NCBI GenBank assembly: GCA_017886205.1
Contig: JAFNEO010000040.1
Coordinates: forward strand, 57,346 to 121,345
DNA length: 64,000 bases
Direction of reading: 5' to 3'
From: Candidatus Aminicenantes bacterium
GTDB taxonomy: Bacteria > Acidobacteriota > Aminicenantia > Aminicenantales > UBA8522
Shown: positions 58,704-64,000 of the stretch, in pieces
Layout of the letters: each line of letters starts with the position of its first letter
How positions within the stretch are numbered: the first letter of the stretch is position 1
The notes under the pieces: model-generated
Databases searched by the model: none
Told to the model about the DNA's origin: nothing
What the model saw: only the letters and a program-made list of their open reading frames with translations
Position numbers and translations under genes: made by a program

Positions 58704-59453
58704 ATGGCGTCACCCAATATCATCACTCCCCAAAAACTGGCTGTTGAGGGCCTCAAGCGGCTGAAGGCGCTGGCCGACCCGGTGAGAGCCGAAGGCGCCC
58801 GGAGTTATTTCAAGGAGAGCGTGCTGTTCCTGGGCATAGCTGCGCCCGATATGAGGGAGCTGGCTCAAGAGTTCTATCAGAAAATCCGGCCGGAATGGGG
58901 AGTCGAAGAAGCGACGGAGTTTTGCGCTATCATGCTGGCGGATCCATATCACGAGGTCAGAGGCTTGGGCATCCTCACCTTTGAAAAATACCGGAAGGAT
59001 TTCCCGAGAACCACCTTTGCGACGATCAAAGACTGGCTGCTGGCTGACTACTGCAACAGCTGGGCGCTCGTGGATGTCCTCTGTCCGGCTTCGATCGGCA
59101 CGCTGCTTGAAAAATATCCGGACCTGGTCAAGGAGATCAAGGGCTGGACGAAATCCCCGAACAGGTGGGTCAGGCGGGCGTCGATCGTGTCCTTCATCAA
59201 GCTGGCCAAGAAAACCCAGTATCTTGATGCGATCTATGATATTGTCCGGTCGCACTTCGAGGACAAAGACGATTTGATTCAGAAGGCCTCGGGGTGGCTG
59301 CTCAGGGAAGCGGGGAAGATGGACCTGGCGAGGCTGGAAAAGTTTTTACGTCAGCACGGTCCGGCCATACCGCGAACGACCCTGCGCTATGCGATCGAGC
59401 GATTCCCGGTGCCCAAGAGAAAGGCCCTCCTCCTGGCTACCAGAAGGGCCTAA
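58704..59453 (+). CDS. DNA alkylation repair enzyme-like HEAT-repeat protein (AlkD/AlkC family)
   Basis: The N-terminus matches the PF08713 pattern (LKALADPVRAEGARSYFKE...FLGIAAPDMRELAQEF), and the protein is built of HEAT-like helical repeats. Confidence 0.5.
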   Translation: MASPNIITPQKLAVEGLKRLKALADPVRAEGARSYFKESVLFLGIAAPDMRELAQEFYQKIRPEWGVEEATEFCAIMLADPYHEVRGLGILTFEKYRKDFPRTTFATIKDWLLADYCNSWALVDVLCPASIGTLLEKYPDLVKEIKGWTKSPNRWVRRASIVSFIKLAKKTQYLDAIYDIVRSHFEDKDDLIQKASGWLLREAGKMDLARLEKFLRQHGPAIPRTTLRYAIERFPVPKRKALLLATRRA

Positions 59454-59461
59454 CTTAAGCA

Positions 59462-59578
59462 CCCTCACCCCTCCCTCTCCCATCAAGGGCGAGGGCTGAT
59501 TATGGGGACACTAACTTTAATTCGTGGGCAATTAGGGTTAGTGTCCCTATAATTGACTCTCCCCCACAAGTGGGGGGA
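59462..59578 (+). other. Intergenic cluster of three strong hairpins. The central one is an 11 bp perfect inverted repeat GGGACACTAAC/GTTAGTGTCCC, and the third is CTCCCCC-N6-GGGGGAG.
   Basis: These are direct sequence palindromes. There is no U-tract, so it may be a structured RNA element or a protein-binding site rather than an intrinsic terminator. Confidence 0.4.
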
Positions 59579-59678
59579 GGAAGTTGGCTTACGTTGTTTC
59601 TGATCCGTTAATCTGGTATATTTTGACTTCGCTTTGCGCCATGACCGATTCTTTCATAACATCCAGGAGGAATTCCCC

Positions 59679-62600
59679 ATGAAACCCATCTGCAAACTCG
59701 TGTCAGCCATTCTCTTTGTGTTCTTCCTTTTCTCCTTGCATGTCTATGCCACGCAGGAAGCCCGCGTGCTCCGGTTCCCAACCATATCCAACGATCAGAT
59801 CGTCTTCAGCTACGCCGGAGACATCTATTCCGTGGCCCTCTCCGGCGGGGTGGCCCGGAAGCTCACCACCCACGAGGGATACGAGTCGTTCGCCCGTTTT
59901 TCCCCTGACGGCAAGAGCATTGCCTTCACCGGCGAATATGACGGAAACCGCGAAGTCTATCTTATACCAGCCGAGGGCGGAGTTCCCAAGCGTCTGACCT
60001 ACACCGCCTCCCTGGGCCGCGACGACATTTCCGACCGGATGGGCCCCAATAACCTCGTCATCGGCTGGACGAACGAAGGAAAGAACATCGTCTTCCGCTC
60101 GCGGATGCACGAATGGAACGACTTTGTCGGCCAGCTCTACTTGGTTCCCGCGGCCGGCGGAACGCCCACCCAGCTTCCGCTCCCGCGTGGCGGCTTCTGC
60201 TCCTTCTCCCCCGACAACAAGAAGCTGGCCTACAACCGAATCTTCCGCGAATTTCGCACCTGGAAGCGCTACCGCGGCGGGATGGCCGACGACGTCTGGA
60301 TCTACGACTTCGAAACCAAGAAGACCGAGAACATCAGCAACAATCCCGGCCTAGACATTATCCCGATGTGGAGCGGGAGCAAGGTCTATTTCCTGTCCGA
60401 CCGCGACGAGAACAAACGGATGAACCTGTATTCCTACGACCTTGAGACCAAGGATACCAAGAAGCTGACCAGCTTTGCGGATTATGACATCAAGTTCCCA
60501 TCCTTAGGGCCGAATGCCATCGTCTTCGAGAACGGCGGGTTTATCTACCGCTTCGACATCGCCACCAGTCAGGCGGCCAAAGTCCCGATAATGATCGCTG
60601 ACGACCTCCTGTCCGGCCGGACTAAGATAGCCAAAGTCGGGGACAAGGTGACGAACTTCGAGATCGCCCCGGACGGAAAGCGGGCCCTTTTCGGGGCCCG
60701 GGGTGACATCTTCACGGTCCCCGCCAAGAACGGCAATACCCGGAACCTCACCCGGACGCCCGGTGTCCACGAGCGTAATTCAAAGTGGTCGCCCGACGGC
60801 CGCTCGATCGCCTATGTCTCCGACAAGAGCGGGGAGGACGAAATCTACATCGTGCCCCAGGACGGACAGGGCGAACCCCAGCAGCTCACCCGGAACGCCG
60901 ACACCTACAAGTACCAGCTCTTCTGGTCCCCCGACGGCAAAAAGATCATGTGGGACGACAAGCTGCTCCGGCTGAACTATATCGATATCTCCACTAAAGA
61001 GGTCGTCACAGTCGCCAAGGCAGAGATCGGTGAGATCATGACTTTTGTCTGGTCGCCCGACAGCCGCTGGATCGCCTACGCCAAGCCCGAAGTCGTGCGC
61101 ATGCCGAAAGTGTATCTCTATTCTCTGGAGACCAAGAAGACATTCGAGGTGACCGACGGCTGGTACGCCTCTTACAACCCCTCTTTCAGCGCGGACGGCA
61201 AGTACCTCTTCTTTGTCTCGGAGCGGGATTTCGACCCCATCTTCGGCCAGACCGAATACAACCATGTCTACGGCGCCATGTCCCGGATCTACTTCGTTAC
61301 CCTGGCCGCCGACACCAAATCGCCCTTCGAGCCCAAGAGCGACGAGGTGGAGGTGAAGAAGGAGCCCGAGAAACCGGCTGCGAAGACTGAGGAAAAGGCA
61401 ACAAAGGAAAAGCCGAAACCGGAAGCTGCCAAGCCTGATGAAGCCAAGAAGGAAGTGATCCTCAAAGTCGATCCGGACGGCCTTACCTCGCGCCTCATCG
61501 GCCTCCCGATCGATGTCGCCAACTACGGTCAGATCGTCTCCGTCGGCGACTCCATCTACTACCAAAAGAGGATGGACCGGGACCGGCAATCGTCTTTGAA
61601 GATGTACGACCTGGCGGAGAAGAAAGAGACCGACCTGGGGACAATCGACGGCTACGAGGTATCCGCCGACCAGAAAAAGATGCTCGTCGCTAAGGACAAA
61701 ACCTTCGCCATCATCGACCTGCCCAAGTTGCCGATCAAGATCGAAGAAAAGCTGGACCTCTCCCAGATGGAGGTGACCCTGGACCTCCGGGCCGAGTGGG
61801 ACCAGATCTTTGAGGAATGCTGGCGCCAGATGAAGTATTTCTTCTATGCACCGAACATGCACGGTGTGGATTGGGAAGCGATGAGGCTTCGCTACCGGCC
61901 GCTCGCCCAGTCTGTCAACCACCGCGCCGACCTGACCTACGTCATCGGCGAGCTGATCGGCGAGCTCAGCTCCGGCCACACCTACGTCGGAGGCGGGGAG
62001 ATGCCGGCACCGCCGAAAGTCAAGGTCGGTACTCTGGGCGCGCAGTTCGAGCGGGACGCCCAGACCGGCTTCTACAAGATCGCCAAGATCCTGGGCGGCC
62101 AGAACTGGGGCCGGACGCTCCGGTCGCCCCTGACCGAGATTGGAGTCAACGTCAGGGAAGGGGAGTATCTCATCGCCATCAACGGCATGCCTACGAACAA
62201 GCTCAACGATATCTATGAAGCCCTTCTCAACACGGTGGGCAAGCAAGTGACACTCAAGGTCAATGGCCGGCCTGAGGAGAAGGGAAGCCGGGATGTTGTC
62301 GTTGTCCCGATCGAAAACGAGCAGCAGCTCTACTATTACACTATGGTCCAGGAAAACATCGAGAAGGTGGACAAGGCGACCGGAGGCCGGGTCGGCTATA
62401 TCCACATCCCCGACATGGGTGTGGCCGGCCTCAATGAGTTCGTCAAGCACTACTACCCCCAGCTCCGGAAAAAGGCCCTCATCATCGATGTCCGCGGAAA
62501 CGGCGGCGGCAGCGTCTCGCCGATGATCGTCGAGCGGCTGCGGCGGGAGATCGTCATGTTCGAAATGTCCCGCGACACCATCGCCAGGCCCGACCCGGAC

Positions 62601-62993
62601 GGGCTTCTCCTCGGCCCAAAGGTCTGCCTGATGAACGAGTTTTCCGCCTCTGATGGTGATATCTTCCCGTATCGCTTCAAGAGATATGGCCTGGGCAAGC
62701 TCATCGGTAAAAGAACATGGGGAGGAGTCGTGGGCATCCGCGGGTCACTGCCCCTGCTCGACGGCGGTCAGTTGATGAAACCGGAGTTCGCGCCGTTCGG
62801 CCTGGACGGGAAAACCTGGATCATCGAAGGAGTCGGTGTTGAGCCGGATATCTATGTGGATAACGACCCGGCCAAGGAGTTTGCCGGCATCGACGAGCAG
62901 CTCAACAAAGCCATTGAGGTTATCCTTGAAGAACTCAAGACAAAGGAGGTCCAGATCCCGCCGGTTCCTCCGTTCCCGATCCGGGTGAAATAG
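59679..62993 (+). CDS. Tricorn protease homolog (beta-propellers, a PDZ domain and a C-terminal S41-like peptidase domain)
   Basis: It has a signal peptide. The repeated WSPDGK/FSPDGK propeller motifs match the tricorn N-terminus (RFPTISNDQIVFSYAGDIYSV). The C-terminal serine protease region contains GNGGGS and a catalytic His-Ser context. The RBS caggagg is present. Confidence 0.8.
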   Translation: MKPICKLVSAILFVFFLFSLHVYATQEARVLRFPTISNDQIVFSYAGDIYSVALSGGVARKLTTHEGYESFARFSPDGKSIAFTGEYDGNREVYLIPAEGGVPKRLTYTASLGRDDISDRMGPNNLVIGWTNEGKNIVFRSRMHEWNDFVGQLYLVPAAGGTPTQLPLPRGGFCSFSPDNKKLAYNRIFREFRTWKRYRGGMADDVWIYDFETKKTENISNNPGLDIIPMWSGSKVYFLSDRDENKRMNLYSYDLETKDTKKLTSFADYDIKFPSLGPNAIVFENGGFIYRFDIATSQAAKVPIMIADDLLSGRTKIAKVGDKVTNFEIAPDGKRALFGARGDIFTVPAKNGNTRNLTRTPGVHERNSKWSPDGRSIAYVSDKSGEDEIYIVPQDGQGEPQQLTRNADTYKYQLFWSPDGKKIMWDDKLLRLNYIDISTKEVVTVAKAEIGEIMTFVWSPDSRWIAYAKPEVVRMPKVYLYSLETKKTFEVTDGWYASYNPSFSADGKYLFFVSERDFDPIFGQTEYNHVYGAMSRIYFVTLAADTKSPFEPKSDEVEVKKEPEKPAAKTEEKATKEKPKPEAAKPDEAKKEVILKVDPDGLTSRLIGLPIDVANYGQIVSVGDSIYYQKRMDRDRQSSLKMYDLAEKKETDLGTIDGYEVSADQKKMLVAKDKTFAIIDLPKLPIKIEEKLDLSQMEVTLDLRAEWDQIFEECWRQMKYFFYAPNMHGVDWEAMRLRYRPLAQSVNHRADLTYVIGELIGELSSGHTYVGGGEMPAPPKVKVGTLGAQFERDAQTGFYKIAKILGGQNWGRTLRSPLTEIGVNVREGEYLIAINGMPTNKLNDIYEALLNTVGKQVTLKVNGRPEEKGSRDVVVVPIENEQQLYYYTMVQENIEKVDKATGGRVGYIHIPDMGVAGLNEFVKHYYPQLRKKALIIDVRGNGGGSVSPMIVERLRREIVMFEMSRDTIARPDPDGLLLGPKVCLMNEFSASDGDIFPYRFKRYGLGKLIGKRTWGGVVGIRGSLPLLDGGQLMKPEFAPFGLDGKTWIIEGVGVEPDIYVDNDPAKEFAGIDEQLNKAIEVILEELKTKEVQIPPVPPFPIRVK

Positions 62994-63004
62994 GGGAAGG
63001 GCTC

Positions 63005-63442
63005 GTGGCCGAGAAAGTCAAGGTCAGCTGCCTCCACTGCGGGGCGACCAATAATTTCCCCCTGGATTCCGCGGGGAAGACCGTCGTCTGCGGCCGCTGC
63101 CGGAATCCCTTGCCTGTTCCAGGGATCGTCCTCGAACTGCCGGAACAGACAGCCGCGACACTCATCCAAAGGTCTGGGCTTCCCGTCTTGGTCGATTTTT
63201 ACTCGCCGACCTGCGGTCCTTGTATGATGATGCATCCCTTAGTCGAGCGCCTGGCCAAGAGGCGGGCAGGGGAGCTTATGGTCGTCAAGGTAAATACAGA
63301 CAATAGCCCGAGATTGGCCGCCAGCTTCGGCATTAAGGCCGTCCCGACGTTTATCGTCATCTCCAAAGGGGCAGAAAGGGGACGGACTAGCGGCGCCATG
63401 GGGGAAACCGATTTCTCACTCTGGGTGGCCAGTCGGACCTGA
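63005..63442 (+). CDS. trxC: Thioredoxin with an N-terminal zinc-ribbon (Trx2/TrxC-like)
   Basis: It has two N-terminal CxxC pairs (CLHCG, CGRC) and a non-canonical CGPC active site (SPTCGPCMMM). The start is GTG. Confidence 0.65.
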   Translation: MAEKVKVSCLHCGATNNFPLDSAGKTVVCGRCRNPLPVPGIVLELPEQTAATLIQRSGLPVLVDFYSPTCGPCMMMHPLVERLAKRRAGELMVVKVNTDNSPRLAASFGIKAVPTFIVISKGAERGRTSGAMGETDFSLWVASRT

Positions 63443-63488
63443 GCGACCGCAGATCGATATTAGGGCACAAACGGCGGGAGAGGGGGAA

Positions 63489-63575
63489 TGCCGAAGAGGG
63501 GACTCGAACCCCTACTCCCGTGTACCAGGAACTAGCCCCTCAAGCTAGCGTGTCTGCCAATTCCACCACTTCGGC
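63489..63575 (-). tRNA. tRNA-Leu, anticodon GAG (87 nt, long variable arm)
   Basis: The reverse complement GCCGAAGTGGTGGAATTGGCAGACACGCTAGCTTGAGGGGCTAGT...AGGGGTTCGAGTCCCCTCTTCGGCA folds with a 7 bp acceptor stem, anticodon loop CTTGAGG, a long extra arm and T loop TTCGAGT. Confidence 0.8.
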
Positions 63576-63602
63576 ACTGAGTCGGGAGGTTTTCCCGGTA
63601 TT

Positions 63603-63974
63603 TTATTTTTTAATATCCGGGGAGGTCTCTTTTTTTTGAGGTTCTTCCTTCTTTGTCTCGGGCCCCTGCTTCTTGGGCTGTGGCGTCTGGGTGGCCGGAG
63701 TAGCCGCCGGGGCTTCTTTTTCGCCGCTGACCACAGACCGGTCGCCCTTGGCCGAGAGGATCCATAGTCCCATCGACGTCAGCATGAAGAGGATCGCGCC
63801 GATGGTCGTGACCTTACCCAGTAGGGTCGCCGCTCCCCGAGGCCCGAAGGCCGTTTGGCTTCCGACGCCGCCAAAGGCACCGGCCAGGTCGGCCGCCTTA
63901 CCCGATTGGAGCAAGACGGCCATGATGAGGACGAAACAGACCAATACATGGATGGCAACAAGTAAAGTGCTCAC
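63603..63974 (-). CDS. secG: Preprotein translocase subunit SecG with a Lys/Glu/Pro-rich C-terminal extension
   Basis: MSTLLVAIHVLVCFVLIMAVLLQSGKAADLAGAFGG...SQTAFGPRG is the SecG signature. It has the conserved synteny of secG followed by tRNA-Leu. Confidence 0.7.
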   Translation of the reverse strand: MSTLLVAIHVLVCFVLIMAVLLQSGKAADLAGAFGGVGSQTAFGPRGAATLLGKVTTIGAILFMLTSMGLWILSAKGDRSVVSGEKEAPAATPATQTPQPKKQGPETKKEEPQKKETSPDIKK

Positions 63975-64000
63975 TTCTTTTCCTTATAAGCCCTTATGGC

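Noticed and set aside
60780-62450. A 556 aa minus-strand ORF
   Set aside because: It lies entirely antisense within the tricorn protease gene, which has clear family hallmarks.

Overview
This 64 kb window is about 58-60% GC. The gene content (many zinc-ribbon transmembrane Ser/Thr kinases with TPR tails, tricorn protease, a TonB-dependent receptor with a carboxypeptidase-regulatory N-terminus) suggests an Acidobacteria-like genome, but the taxon is uncertain. The left third (1-22.6 kb) is ordinary chromosome. It holds a minus-strand HlyD/ABC-ATPase/FtsX-permease efflux operon preceded by a B12-binding-domain protein, a secreted GH42 beta-galactosidase, a SthA-like flavoprotein with a single redox Cys, a tandemly duplicated pair of Ser/Thr kinase genes (four kinases), creatininase, an amidohydrolase, and a putative secreted clan-CD-like peptidase. 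From about 22.6 kb to 57.2 kb the window is a mosaic accessory region built around one intact tRNA-Arg(TCG) gene (39460-39532). Two truncated 5' copies of this tRNA (nt 1-40), each followed by a conserved ~150 bp arm, lie upstream at 22660 and 32440. Downstream lie a 3' copy (nt 29-73 with encoded CCA) directly after a tyrosine integrase gene (54861-54905) and two further 3' remnants (56097-56127, 57169-57181). All share a 12-nt core (GGACTTCGAATC, the anticodon loop). This is the footprint of repeated site-specific integrations at one tRNA from both sides. The youngest unit (39.5-54.9 kb) is a defective prophage or satellite-like element. It carries an integrase, Xis/AlpA-like HTH proteins, an XRE repressor, a DnaB/AAA_25-like replication protein with iterons, both terminase subunits, a tail chaperone and a tape measure, but no capsid or portal genes. 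It also carries a strikingly AT-rich (30-35% GC) minus-strand cassette of unknown proteins (39962-41683), which I flag as the best candidate for a previously undescribed accessory or defence module. The older islands carry a fifth kinase paralog, a TonB-dependent receptor, an IS110 transposase with an in-frame stop, a rhomboid protease, a lipid kinase, a metallophosphoesterase, and remnant 3' fragments of tRNA-Met and tRNA-Asp. The right end returns to core genes: an AlkD-like repair protein, tricorn protease, a Zn-ribbon thioredoxin, tRNA-Leu(GAG) and secG. All calls come from reading the sequence and ORF translations. No database search was possible.
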